A stretch of DNA of 64,000 nt from Candidatus Falkowbacteria bacterium. Its GTDB lineage: Bacteria; Patescibacteriota; Patescibacteriia; UBA11705; JACRDX01. Shown here piece by piece: positions 18,012 to 29,063 of this stretch (positions are counted from its first letter, which is position 1; each line of letters starts with the position of its first letter). The position numbers were made by a program, and so were the translations under genes. Location: the NCBI GenBank assembly GCA_043798985.1, contig JAZDOE010000002.1, forward strand, positions 22,500 to 86,499. Reading direction: 5' to 3'. A model generated the notes under the pieces. It was not told the DNA's origin. It worked only from the letters and a program-made list of their open reading frames with translations, and did no database searches.

Positions 18012-21000
18012 TCACGGCTTCACAATAATCTTTCCATTAAAATATGTCCAAGCTTTCGCAATAGAATCTTTACAATTCGCCGCTGAGTCATTCTTGACAG
18101 AGCCATAGCACCCTTTACCCGCGCCCTCACAACTTCCATTGCACCAATCCCAATTATCCAAAACCTGCACGCGCGGGAAATACACGCACGCGCCCTCTTC
18201 TCCAAAATCATGAATGTATGCCGGATCATAACACCCTTTCGCATAATCAGGATGAGCAACAACATAATCAGATGAAGCAGTCGTAGTTGTCGCTCCGTCA
18301 ACGCACGTTGGCAAAGTATCTATTTGCTTTTTCTTGCATTGATATAATCCAAAATAGCTAAAATATCCTTCCATGCACGCGCCAGAACTGTTTCCAAAAC
18401 TGCTTTCAACTACTTCGCACGCGGCCGCTGCTCCAGCCAGCTCGCAATCGCCCGCGTCCTTACACATCAATCCTTCGTAATCCTTACACTCTAACGTTCC
18501 GGCGCCAGCCTCATCACCGCACCATGGTTTGTGATTCTTATATCGCTGATTACTATTACCCGCGCCAATCACATCCGCGCCATTTCCAAAATCAACCATA
18601 ACCCTGCGCAAAGGCATGTGATCTCTGTCTGCCCACGCGTAAAACTCCAATTGCGCGGCCAGCACCTTATTCGCGCCCTTTTCCGGCACTGTGCCACTTA
18701 AGTATAAACCAACGTCAGTCTTAATGGCCAATGTATTCAAAATCGCTCGGTCAGTTCCATCTTCTGCTTTTATGTGCCCAGCCACCATCGGCGCAAATGT
18801 ATCAGTTCCTACCAAATCATCCGTTAAATTTGCGAATCCGACTGGTTCGTATGAAATATCCAAACCAAGCAAAGCATCGGTGATAGTCAAATTGCCTTGA
18901 ATTCCCGCACTATCCACAGTCTGCACAAATTGCTTTGCTCGTGGGGTATTATCTATTTTGACAGTATATTTATACGCCTGAAAAATATTCCTAAACAAAT
19001 TTCCCAATCTTAGTGTCACCGAATCTTTATTCAACAATCCTTTACCAACAAAACTAAAATCCGGCGCATCTTTTATTTTTATAGTATTTGCCGTCTCACC
19101 ACCTTTTACCACGCATTGATTCGCCGTTTTATCGCATTCAAACTGCTGACAATTAGAATCCGCATTGCACATCAAATTAAAATCCTTACACTCACCTAAT
19201 GAATACTCTTCCTCTAAAACTCCCGTTTGTGTGCAATAAGGAGTCAAAACCGAGCCACCCAAAGAATCATCAAACCAACTAGAGATAGTTTGGCTGGGAT
19301 AATATGGTTTACTATCAATCTCCTTTCCGTCTATATCCAGAATACTACCCTGCATTTTGTAACCCAAATCAACTTTTGCGGTATCTGCGTCAGCACAAAG
19401 AATAAAATGAAAACCCATGTTGCATTGATTTCCGGTATCATTTGGGGTTTTATTTTTCTTACACCCCAACGCAGGCTCAAACTCTATATACTCCGGATGA
19501 TCTAAGCTCTTTCCCTCTGGATACCCAATCTTTATCCATTGTTCCGGAGTCTCACAAAATATAAGCTTTGCGCCTTGAACCTGCACCTTATCACCTTGGT
19601 GCGCTCCACCGATCCGACACAGCACAATATTATCACATTGCCCGCCAAAAGGTTCTGCTTCTTCAAATATTGGTTTCTCACCTGGCATTCCATAATTTTC
19701 TGTTTTAGTATGTTTCCAATATTTGAATTCGTTATTAATAAACCCAAGATAGGAAACACTTTGTCCTCTCTCAGACTGCTGATAGTCTGAAATTGCTTTT
19801 GCTTGCTGTATAGTCGGACAAACTGATGTTATGTCACCTGCCAAGTCAGCGCATCCATCGCGCCATAACCAGTAAGCTTTGACGTCTGCTTCAATTAACG
19901 CGCCTGCGTCGTTTGTGGGGCACGCCTGACTTTTTATGTCTGTCCTATCACAAATCGGCTTTACGTCATTAAGATAACAATGGCTGTCCTCGGTACATGA
20001 ACTTGGTTTTGGCGCGATCGCTTCAAATTCAGCATAGCTCTTACCCCTACCCTCAGCGCCTTCTATGGCATCGCCCTCTTCGTCTGACACAGCAACACCA
20101 TAAAGCTGACCAGCACATTCCGCTGTCCCTGTAGCCGTATAAGAAGTTGGCAAGGTCAATGTATTGCCAGCCACGCAATAAGTTAATTCAATCAAATCCA
20201 TGACATCACTTTCTATTGTTGCTTTCTGCTTTGCATCCACCAACGCGTCAAGTTTCAGATTCATGCTTCCAAAATCTGATACCTGTGTTGCCTTATAAAA
20301 ACCAAATTGATCGCCGCCAATTACTACTGGCGCAACAATGTCTGTCAATTTCTTTTCGCTTTGAATCCTGTCTGTCCACGCCACCACCTGCGTCAATGGG
20401 TCATTGCCTTTGCCGCCCTCTGTCACTTGCGCCACTTCATAGCATCCCAAACCATAATCAAATTGGTTTACGTCCTCTAATTTCTTCATGACCTCGCTAA
20501 ACGGATAACCAGTATATTCAAATCCCGTTGACTGCACCGGATAACCCGGTCCTTCGCAATATCTATATGGAATGTATAAGGTGCTGAAAAACTTATCCGC
20601 GTCTGCTGTGCTGTCATTGTCAATCTGCACGCTCGACAAATCCCAAAGACTTGTCACACTGACTGGCGAATTATAATACATTCCCGGAAAACAAGTTTTG
20701 CCATTATGCTCTGCTATCTTATATGTCTCAAATTGTTCCCACATCTCGTCCGCATGTTCAGGATTTTCCAAGTCTTGAACCCGTTGTTGTGTAATATTCA
20801 ACTTTGACCCATACGGAACGCAGAACATTCCGCATTCAAATTTTGCTTCCTTATCCTGACCCTTTTTGCTTGATTTTTCATTCTGCTGTTCACATTTATA
20901 CTCCAACGAATCAGATTGCTTTGGGTCGGACGAATCCAATGTCGGTTCACCAGGTGGACCAAAAACAGGAAAATACCCGTTTGGACATTTCTCTTCATTA

Positions 21001-24000
21001 GGTGCTTTCACATACGCGTCAACACAACGCGTGCGCTCTGCTGTCGCTTCGTCTGGCTCACAATCATTACCCGCAAAATCTGTAAAATTATCTGGTATAT
21101 CTTTTTCTCCTTCTCCGTGTTTTTCTTCTCCCATCAATTGCCACAAACAATCTTCAAACTTTGGCTTAAATAATGCAATATCCTTGCACTCGTCTGTCCA
21201 GTCATCCTGCAAATGTGCCGCATAAGTCACTGACTCCTGTAATGCTCCAATCATCTTGAAATAGGTCTGTTGTCCACAAGCAGCCTCAACGTCTTTTACG
21301 ACTGGGCTGCACTCCTGCTTCGTTGCCATTGGATATTGAAACAACGCTGGCTCAATACAATAATAATTGCCAGAATCTGCTGGCGGAACATAGCCGGCAT
21401 CCGCAGAATAATTATTCAAATCCAATGTCCCTGACGGGACATCAACAGGATACCATGACAAACACGGATGCTGGTCTTTTTTGCCATAAACAATATTCGT
21501 AGAATCTTTTTCCAGACAATAACCATCCCAGCCCTTATAAACGCTTACAGTATCTTTGTCCTTCTTTAGACACTGCCCACAAGTTTCTGCTATGCCCGCA
21601 GTCGGTGGTTTTTCTGTAAGCTTATCAACATAAAAATACGGACCTTGTGGATCGCACATTTTTAAATTTTCAAGTCCTTTCATGCAGTTTTTCGTGCAAG
21701 TCATTGCTCTGCCATCATGATCATTTTCGCAAATCCATTCGGGCTTGCTTTCATTGCCCATCGCAAAATAAAGCTCGCGCGCCTTATTGCCATAAGTCAC
21801 TTTCTGATAGCCACACCCGCAATCAGCAGGATTAACGCAGATAAGAGCGCCGCCATAATCCTCTTTGTTTCCTTCACCTGATGATCCGCCCGTTAACTTC
21901 AAAACTGAACCCGGGAATGGTGAATTTTCCTCTGGATACGCGCGGCAACTCCCATAAGCCTTTGGTACTGGAGTATTCAATTTTGTGCCATCAACATTTT
22001 TCACACACACCTTATCTTTTTCAGCGCAAATAAAATCATTGGATGCAATATTATCATTATCAGCCGGGCACACCTTGCCAGCGCCGCACGATGGCCCGAC
22101 AAAAACCAATCCATAGCCATAGTTCTCTGCTCTTTCCGCGGCTTTCAACGTGTGCAAAGGATATTGTCCGGGCACAGTATAGCCCGCGTATTCTATTCCA
22201 TCAAAACCAGTATTGCGCTTTGTATATTGAGGGGGTGAAAATGCTGAAACATTTTTATAATCGTCTTCTGAAATGTACACCTCAATCTCTGAACAAGTTT
22301 CAGTTCCATCTGCCAGTTTTGTGCACAAACCCAAAACATCGCATTTCTTTTCATACTGATTCCTCTGCGAAATCCATTCCCAATGTCCGCCAACGCATGT
22401 GTACCATTCTTTGCACTGTCTTTCTCGTATAACTTTCAAAATCGTATTTGAATCATAGGCGTTTCTATATTGCAATGGCGCGCATAGCGTGTTATAAGCT
22501 CCAGTTGCATCTGGGGGCGTGGGTGTACATTTTGGTTCTTTCTGTATTTTCGACGTGCATAAGCATTCTTTTATTTCAAACGGATTAACAAATGTCGTCA
22601 AGCAATAACCGCTATTCGCTATAGTTTGCCCTTGCAAATCTGCTAAATCTTCAAGCATACATTGCTTGAATTCCGGGCACGCTGGCACTGGGCATTGGGT
22701 CAAAGCTGTGTCTATGTCTGCCTTGCCAACTGGCGCAATGACCGCGTAATTCTTTGCCGCGCTATTCAAATACGTTTGCGCTGACGCAAAACCAAGTTGA
22801 GGATTGCTTGTGTCATTAAACAGCACACAACCTTTAAGCTGGCTCACACCATTGCCGCAGGATTTTTTATCCAAAACTTCATCATTCAAATAATAATATG
22901 GCCGCCCAACAGGATTCTGCGACTTGTCACTCGGGTCAACGAATGCTGTGCATTTGTCATATTTATTTTGGCAAATACCGGCCCAGCCCGTAAAATCCGC
23001 GTCAGTGACACGCAACAAATTATTCACGCCATCTTGATAATATTGCTTGGCCTCGCATGAAATAGGCTTGCCCTTCACGTCTTTGTCGTATTTTGCAAAC
23101 CAACCAGTAACCGTGCTTACAGAACCATCGTCTGCTGTTTGCTCAACCTTTTTCCATTCGCAAACTTGCTCACCCGGGTCAAACAAGTACAGTGTTTTGT
23201 TGTCAGTTGTCGCAAAGCTTTCACACCCCAAACCGCTGTATTGGCACAAAGTTTCTACAAATTCGTCAGGATCAACTTTAAAATAAACTTCGTTCCAGCT
23301 TGTTTCCGGCGTCTGGTTGCCGCCATTAGTGTAACAAATGCCATCTGCTTCGCTCCAAATGCCATTAATCTTCGTGCATTTGGCTTTATCGGTAAGTGGC
23401 TTTAATTTGCCTTCTGAATTTAAACTCGGAGTTCCAAGCGCCGTGCAACCTTCGTTATCTTTTGAGCATTGCACGCTTTTGTCATTGACTAAATAAATCA
23501 ACTGGTCAGCTTTTATTGTTAAATAATTTCCTTCCCAACATTTATTGGTTTTCATATCCCAGACATCGCCGGCGAGTAAACAAAGCTCCTTGCTCGTCTT
23601 GCCAATGCCAGAACCTCCCGCGCACGGAAACGTCTGACAGTTACCCAAAACCCCAGCCGTACACCAATATAAGTTAGTCGCACTCGGAAGATCTTTTTTA
23701 AACGCATTAAAAATCAAAGGATTATTCTTGTCGCACAACGCTTGAAGGTTAGCTTGCGTGATTTCTTGCTGTTGCGGCGTTCCCTGCAAAAATTTTTCCG
23801 AGAACGGATTGTCAGAATTATGCTTGTCAATAAACGCCTCACAACCAACCGCGACAATCGGGCAAAGTTTTGTAAAACTCTTTAAGAAATGAGTGCCGCC
23901 AACGCGATCCTTGTATTCAGCACAGCCAATCATTGCCTGCGGCAAAATCTTATTGTCCAAAGTCTGATTGCAAATCGCTGGCACAGTGTTAATCGCTGTT

Positions 24001-27000
24001 TGTTTCAACAAATAATATGTATCAACGGTAGTGTAAAGTTTAATATCATCAAGCCACAACTTGGCGTCCGCGCCAAATTGCTTTTCTAATTTCAAAGTCA
24101 ATTTTTTAATATCCGCTAAAATATCAGCGCCCACAAAAAAGTCTTTTGTATTATAATAATGCCATTCATTGTTATTTTGCAAAGTGACAGCTGTATTATT
24201 CTGGAACGATTTGCCCGCATCGCCCAAAACCTTTACACCGACTATTGCCTGCGCGTCTTTTGCCAAAGTATGCTTCGCCCAAAAACTCAAGCGATAATGT
24301 GTGCCAGCGAAAATCTTGCCTGTCAAATCATTTTCAGTTGATTGAACGTTAATGTCCAGCAACAAAGAATGCCCGCCAGAATAAAGCGACTCTGAACTAA
24401 CAACACCCGGCTTCCAAGCTTGATAGGTTGCGCCAATTGGCTCAAATTCCAAACACTTTTTTGTGCTATTCTGCCAATAATATCCAGCGTAACTGCACAT
24501 CTCTGCTTTTGTTTTTTCTTGCGGAATATTGTGTTCAAGGAACTTACAAATTCCTTTCGCTGCGTCCCACGAGATTGGGTTCACAATAACAGAGTCAGCG
24601 TCAACATAATATGTTTTTGCTGGATTACATAAAGCATCTTGAACATTGATTTCTACTGGAACTTTAATGGCTTCTTGCTCAAACGTCGCGTTTAACACTG
24701 ACTCAACATTGCCGGCCTGCGAACCTTGATATTCGCGGCAACCCGCGTTCGTTTTGCTACACACCCTTCCTTCTTTTGGAATTGCCATATAGACGCAAGC
24801 TTCATCTTCCCAGCTTCCGCCAAAAGATTCGCAATCTGTTTTATTCCCAATTGTACGACGATATGGATGGCAATCTACTGAACAAGTGATTGTTTTTGTA
24901 TATAAATGGTATGATTTTTTACCAGTGTCAGAATAAAATTCACGGCAATCTGAAACTTTTTTGTTTGCCAAATTTTGATTATAAATTGTTTGGTTGCAGA
25001 ACGTGGAATCATCGTTCGTAGTAATATCTGGCTGACCATTTTTGTCCTCATCCCGCAAAGCATAGGTAAGCAACTGATAACCGCTTACATCAGACCCTGT
25101 CCATGTGTAAAATGGGCTGCACTTTGGATCGCTTTTTTCATCAGGAACTTCCGGGTTATTGTCCGGCACTGGCCTATAGCACAACCGCAATTCAGAATAA
25201 TATTCCTTGCCCTCGCCGCCTTTTTCCACAACCTCCAAATTCGTAAATTCGTCGCATCCTGCCTGTTCAGCCGAACAAGTCTGCGCTGTTTGCGGAATCA
25301 TGTAAAAAGGAAAAATATTAGCTTCAAAGTTTGACGCCATTTGCTCAAAAACATCATAGCCCGCGCAGGTTGACGGACAATAATCATAATAACTTGGCAC
25401 GCCAACAACTGACACGTTGGTTTGCTTATTTGTAAATTGCTCGCAACCAACCTCGTCAGCGCTGCACATTTTCGCGAATTTTCCGCAAGCATTCGCGTCA
25501 TCATCAATCTTAATATTTTTTCTCAAATACGGCGTTCCAACTACTCCCGCAATATCTTTGCCAGCGTCATCTATCATGTTATAGCATTGATAATAATCTG
25601 GCGCGCGTTTCAAAAACGCTGCGCCGCCTTCGCCATATGGTTTAAACTTTGACGCAGTATATCCGTACAAAAACGGATCTATTTCCTCAATCATTGCCGC
25701 GTCAACATTAATAGTGCCTGTGCCATCAGAAGTCGAGAACGCCAAACGCAAACTATTTACATAGGGCTTTGTTTCAATAACAATATATTTTCTAATCCAC
25801 TGATTTTTAGGAGTCGCATTATTCCAAACATTGTCGCTATCTTTCACCATTCCATCAAAAACCGTGCCATTATCCTTACTGCAACGCGCGTCCAATTTCC
25901 ACGTGCCTGTCAACTCTCCCGGAATAAGAACATACCCAGAAAAAGCAAAAAACCGCGGAATCGGCTGTGGCGCGATCTTTATTGTATCTACTGGGTTGTT
26001 TCCAACCTGCAACCCTGCCCCGTTTGGGTTTATGCTCAAAACCTGAACTTTTATTGCTTGCGAGCCAGAAAAGACCGTATCTTTTATTATTGTCAAAGTT
26101 GCTTTGTTTTGAACAGAATTCCAACCCGGCGTTACGGAACCAGCGCTCGTGTCTTCAAAATCAGCATTTGGCAAAATATTTAAACCAATGCCCGGCTTTT
26201 CTTCAATAAAATTGGAACAACCCTCGGCGCTTGGCGCGCAAGTTTTTTCCGTAAGCTTTGCGTTGGCTAACAATTTGTATTGCTCATCCTGCGACCAATT
26301 GTTTGCGTTTTTCCACGCGCTATACCATTTACAACCAACATTTTGTTCATTGCAAGTTAAACTGTCCTCAATCAAAGTATTTTTTAAATAATCAAAAGCT
26401 TTGTTGTCGCGCCTGACTAAACTCAAACAACTGTCATACTGGCCCAAACATTTCTCACCATCCAATTTCCAAACGTTTTCCTCGGCGCGGCAATAACCCC
26501 AGCCGCCAACGCATTTTCCATTTTCATCAACGCGCACGCAATCCTGCGTATCAACACAAACCTCTTGCCTCGAATCACCGCCTTTGGCGTACAACATATC
26601 ATTATATCCTTGCACGCGGCAGCGCTGAAGCGGGGCCATTAACAGCCAGTTCGGGTCAACCAAATGATACCAAGAACTATTTTGATCATAAAAACCTTTT
26701 ATTGCCTCGCCCAAAGTGACTGGCGTGCCTTTTTGCTCTGCTATTTTTGCTGCCATTTCCCAACCAACCGGCAAAATGCGAGCTTTGCGCAATTTCACCA
26801 AATTACCATAGCAATACCCCTGCATGTAGCACTCGCTATTGGTGTTTTTTTCAACATCCGCAGTAAGCGGCCAATCTGGATTCAAATCTTTTTGGTCAAT
26901 CGCTTGTTGAACTGTCAATGCCTTGCCAGAAGACGATTCTGCGACAGCATCATAAAAATTCTCATCTAACACGCAATTATTTATGCTCCGAATATTGTTT

Positions 27001-28163
27001 CCAGCTGCGCTGGCATTCGGACAAAACATGAATTCTTCAAGCAAATTGATTTCTTTATAAGAATACGCGACATTAACGGTCTTGAGCGCCAGAATCGCTT
27101 TTTCCGTGCCTTTTTCTATATCATAAACTTTTTCTTTTGGATTATACGACTCGCTTGCGCTGGCAAATCCGCGCATAATCGCTTTGCGGATCGCTTCCAT
27201 AATTCCTCTGGACATCAAAGTGTTCACAAAAGTTGAAAGCATTTGTTCAGGAATATCTTCTATCACACTTGTCGCAACATCATACGAACTTTCCGTAACT
27301 GATTCTGATCGCACAATATCTCTCTCTGCCATGCCACTTGTGACGCTTGCCGGAGCTACAACCTTGGTTCCGATCTGATTCTTTTGCACTTTCCATCCAC
27401 GCGCCTCCTGCCGTTCTTTTTCTTTCGCATCCTGCTCTTCCGCGGCTTGCGCCAAAATCTGGTCATTAAAAGTCAAATAAAGACCAAACGGATTTTTCGT
27501 TGGCGCGAATGCCAAAGCAACCGTATCAAGCGCTGTAAGCGAAGCCGCTTCTGGACTCTTAAATTTCTCCTTCCATTCATCAGCAAAATTTTCCCAATTA
27601 TCAAGTACATTGGTTGGAGTACAATATGGCTGCGGTCGCGGCATCAAATCGTGCATTTGTCCCAAATTGGTTGTAAGCCAAATTTTAAAATCAAGTTTTG
27701 GCGCGCAAATGTCAAAGCCAGTCGCGGCATAAATTCCTTCCGCGATATATTCAATCACATTGCCGGCGGCGTATTCATATTCGCTTTTCAACATTTCTTT
27801 CCATCCTTGCGTTTCAAACAATGGTCCCTTGCCCCAATCACCGGTCGCGATCATATCAACCGCTGACTCTGCCGCGCTCTTTGCTAAATACAACGCGACA
27901 TTGCGCAACGTCACAGACGCGGTCAAAACCATTGTTTTCCAAAGTTCATCTTCAACTCTTGTCTCAACTTTATCTTTTATTTTTTCAGCCTGATCGCCAG
28001 TATGATAAATCTGCCGCTGCGTAAAAGCGAATTGATCAAAAACAACTCCCCCAACCTGCGCCTTTGCCGGCATAACGGAAACAAAAATAGAAAGCAAAAA
28101 TATTGCCAAAACTCCAGTGATTATAACTTTGTATCTTGAACCCAATATCATATATTGAAACAT
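18012..28163 (-). CDS. Giant (3383 aa) cysteine-rich secreted/surface protein with carbohydrate-binding-like domains
   Basis: N-terminal signal peptide; repeated C..GC..Y/F motifs; NILPNADFE and NATFE beta-sandwich-type starts. Confidence 0.8.
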   Translation of the reverse strand: MFQYMILGSRYKVIITGVLAIFLLSIFVSVMPAKAQVGGVVFDQFAFTQRQIYHTGDQAEKIKDKVETRVEDELWKTMVLTASVTLRNVALYLAKSAAESAVDMIATGDWGKGPLFETQGWKEMLKSEYEYAAGNVIEYIAEGIYAATGFDICAPKLDFKIWLTTNLGQMHDLMPRPQPYCTPTNVLDNWENFADEWKEKFKSPEAASLTALDTVALAFAPTKNPFGLYLTFNDQILAQAAEEQDAKEKERQEARGWKVQKNQIGTKVVAPASVTSGMAERDIVRSESVTESSYDVATSVIEDIPEQMLSTFVNTLMSRGIMEAIRKAIMRGFASASESYNPKEKVYDIEKGTEKAILALKTVNVAYSYKEINLLEEFMFCPNASAAGNNIRSINNCVLDENFYDAVAESSSGKALTVQQAIDQKDLNPDWPLTADVEKNTNSECYMQGYCYGNLVKLRKARILPVGWEMAAKIAEQKGTPVTLGEAIKGFYDQNSSWYHLVDPNWLLMAPLQRCRVQGYNDMLYAKGGDSRQEVCVDTQDCVRVDENGKCVGGWGYCRAEENVWKLDGEKCLGQYDSCLSLVRRDNKAFDYLKNTLIEDSLTCNEQNVGCKWYSAWKNANNWSQDEQYKLLANAKLTEKTCAPSAEGCSNFIEEKPGIGLNILPNADFEDTSAGSVTPGWNSVQNKATLTIIKDTVFSGSQAIKVQVLSINPNGAGLQVGNNPVDTIKIAPQPIPRFFAFSGYVLIPGELTGTWKLDARCSKDNGTVFDGMVKDSDNVWNNATPKNQWIRKYIVIETKPYVNSLRLAFSTSDGTGTINVDAAMIEEIDPFLYGYTASKFKPYGEGGAAFLKRAPDYYQCYNMIDDAGKDIAGVVGTPYLRKNIKIDDDANACGKFAKMCSADEVGCEQFTNKQTNVSVVGVPSYYDYCPSTCAGYDVFEQMASNFEANIFPFYMIPQTAQTCSAEQAGCDEFTNLEVVEKGGEGKEYYSELRLCYRPVPDNNPEVPDEKSDPKCSPFYTWTGSDVSGYQLLTYALRDEDKNGQPDITTNDDSTFCNQTIYNQNLANKKVSDCREFYSDTGKKSYHLYTKTITCSVDCHPYRRTIGNKTDCESFGGSWEDEACVYMAIPKEGRVCSKTNAGCREYQGSQAGNVESVLNATFEQEAIKVPVEINVQDALCNPAKTYYVDADSVIVNPISWDAAKGICKFLEHNIPQEKTKAEMCSYAGYYWQNSTKKCLEFEPIGATYQAWKPGVVSSESLYSGGHSLLLDINVQSTENDLTGKIFAGTHYRLSFWAKHTLAKDAQAIVGVKVLGDAGKSFQNNTAVTLQNNNEWHYYNTKDFFVGADILADIKKLTLKLEKQFGADAKLWLDDIKLYTTVDTYYLLKQTAINTVPAICNQTLDNKILPQAMIGCAEYKDRVGGTHFLKSFTKLCPIVAVGCEAFIDKHNSDNPFSEKFLQGTPQQQEITQANLQALCDKNNPLIFNAFKKDLPSATNLYWCTAGVLGNCQTFPCAGGSGIGKTSKELCLLAGDVWDMKTNKCWEGNYLTIKADQLIYLVNDKSVQCSKDNEGCTALGTPSLNSEGKLKPLTDKAKCTKINGIWSEADGICYTNGGNQTPETSWNEVYFKVDPDEFVETLCQYSGLGCESFATTDNKTLYLFDPGEQVCEWKKVEQTADDGSVSTVTGWFAKYDKDVKGKPISCEAKQYYQDGVNNLLRVTDADFTGWAGICQNKYDKCTAFVDPSDKSQNPVGRPYYYLNDEVLDKKSCGNGVSQLKGCVLFNDTSNPQLGFASAQTYLNSAAKNYAVIAPVGKADIDTALTQCPVPACPEFKQCMLEDLADLQGQTIANSGYCLTTFVNPFEIKECLCTSKIQKEPKCTPTPPDATGAYNTLCAPLQYRNAYDSNTILKVIRERQCKEWYTCVGGHWEWISQRNQYEKKCDVLGLCTKLADGTETCSEIEVYISEDDYKNVSAFSPPQYTKRNTGFDGIEYAGYTVPGQYPLHTLKAAERAENYGYGLVFVGPSCGAGKVCPADNDNIASNDFICAEKDKVCVKNVDGTKLNTPVPKAYGSCRAYPEENSPFPGSVLKLTGGSSGEGNKEDYGGALICVNPADCGCGYQKVTYGNKARELYFAMGNESKPEWICENDHDGRAMTCTKNCMKGLENLKMCDPQGPYFYVDKLTEKPPTAGIAETCGQCLKKDKDTVSVYKGWDGYCLEKDSTNIVYGKKDQHPCLSWYPVDVPSGTLDLNNYSADAGYVPPADSGNYYCIEPALFQYPMATKQECSPVVKDVEAACGQQTYFKMIGALQESVTYAAHLQDDWTDECKDIALFKPKFEDCLWQLMGEEKHGEGEKDIPDNFTDFAGNDCEPDEATAERTRCVDAYVKAPNEEKCPNGYFPVFGPPGEPTLDSSDPKQSDSLEYKCEQQNEKSSKKGQDKEAKFECGMFCVPYGSKLNITQQRVQDLENPEHADEMWEQFETYKIAEHNGKTCFPGMYYNSPVSVTSLWDLSSVQIDNDSTADADKFFSTLYIPYRYCEGPGYPVQSTGFEYTGYPFSEVMKKLEDVNQFDYGLGCYEVAQVTEGGKGNDPLTQVVAWTDRIQSEKKLTDIVAPVVIGGDQFGFYKATQVSDFGSMNLKLDALVDAKQKATIESDVMDLIELTYCVAGNTLTLPTSYTATGTAECAGQLYGVAVSDEEGDAIEGAEGRGKSYAEFEAIAPKPSSCTEDSHCYLNDVKPICDRTDIKSQACPTNDAGALIEADVKAYWLWRDGCADLAGDITSVCPTIQQAKAISDYQQSERGQSVSYLGFINNEFKYWKHTKTENYGMPGEKPIFEEAEPFGGQCDNIVLCRIGGAHQGDKVQVQGAKLIFCETPEQWIKIGYPEGKSLDHPEYIEFEPALGCKKNKTPNDTGNQCNMGFHFILCADADTAKVDLGYKMQGSILDIDGKEIDSKPYYPSQTISSWFDDSLGGSVLTPYCTQTGVLEEEYSLGECKDFNLMCNADSNCQQFECDKTANQCVVKGGETANTIKIKDAPDFSFVGKGLLNKDSVTLRLGNLFRNIFQAYKYTVKIDNTPRAKQFVQTVDSAGIQGNLTITDALLGLDISYEPVGFANLTDDLVGTDTFAPMVAGHIKAEDGTDRAILNTLAIKTDVGLYLSGTVPEKGANKVLAAQLEFYAWADRDHMPLRRVMVDFGNGADVIGAGNSNQRYKNHKPWCGDEAGAGTLECKDYEGLMCKDAGDCELAGAAAACEVVESSFGNSSGACMEGYFSYFGLYQCKKKQIDTLPTCVDGATTTTASSDYVVAHPDYAKGCYDPAYIHDFGEEGACVYFPRVQVLDNWDWCNGSCEGAGKGCYGSVKNDSAANCKDSIAKAWTYFNGKIIVKP

Positions 28164-28208
28164 TGTGATTTCGTGCTTCGTGCTTGTTTCGGATTTAGTG
28201 CTTCGTGC

Positions 28209-28985
28209 TTATTTTCCTGCTGTTTGTTTCAACGCATCCTGATAAAGTTGCTGTAATGTCGCGTCATCAATTCCATTCAGCATTTCATCGCTCACTCCTT
28301 GCTGTTTTAACAATGCTTTTAATTCTGCTGTTGAATATTGCTTGCCCGCCGACGAGGCGGGCGTCGTTCCAGTTACCTGCCCCGCCAGCGGCGCAGTTTC
28401 GCCAGATCCAATGTTCAGCGCGTCCTGATAAACTTTCAACAATTCAGAATCGCTGATTTTTTGCAAATCAGCTTCTGTGAACGCGCCTGTCGCGACCAAT
28501 GCTTGGCGGATCTGGTCAGGCGTCGCGTTTGCCAAGTCAGTCAAGTCTGTCGCGCTAGAACCGGCCGTATTGGTTGTTGCCAACACTTCTGACGTAAAAC
28601 AATTTTGACCTTTTGGACAATTTGGATCATTGCCAGAATCTATTTCAGTTTTATCGTCAAAACTATCGCTGTCGCTATCTGCCAAATATGGGCTTGTGCC
28701 GTAAATACTCAATTCGTCATAATCGCTGATTTTGTCCTGATCAGTATCCATTGTTTTCAAATCCGCGTCAGAAGTTATCGCAGTATTGCTCGTGGTTTGC
28801 TGTGCTGTTTTTCCGGAGTTTGGCAACTCTAAACCAATAATGCTGCGAAATTCCCAGACGCTCAAACCAATCACCGCAATACCAATCACGCAGACAAAAA
28901 TCAACGAAAAAATTTGATGCCGCTCTAATCGCCGCGTCTGTGGTTGAAACGATTCCTGCCCCTCGGGAAGCGCCATGTCTTCCAT
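28209..28985 (-). CDS. Membrane-anchored protein with Ca-binding DxDxD (TSP3-like) repeats
   Basis: One TM helix; DTDQDKISDYDE..YGTSPYLADSDSDSFDDKTE. Confidence 0.75.
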   Translation of the reverse strand: MEDMALPEGQESFQPQTRRLERHQIFSLIFVCVIGIAVIGLSVWEFRSIIGLELPNSGKTAQQTTSNTAITSDADLKTMDTDQDKISDYDELSIYGTSPYLADSDSDSFDDKTEIDSGNDPNCPKGQNCFTSEVLATTNTAGSSATDLTDLANATPDQIRQALVATGAFTEADLQKISDSELLKVYQDALNIGSGETAPLAGQVTGTTPASSAGKQYSTAELKALLKQQGVSDEMLNGIDDATLQQLYQDALKQTAGK

Positions 28986-29063
28986 ATAATGTGATTATAT
29001 TATAACACAAACATGGATAATAAAAAAACCACAATTTTGTGGATAAATACATACTTCGTAATT

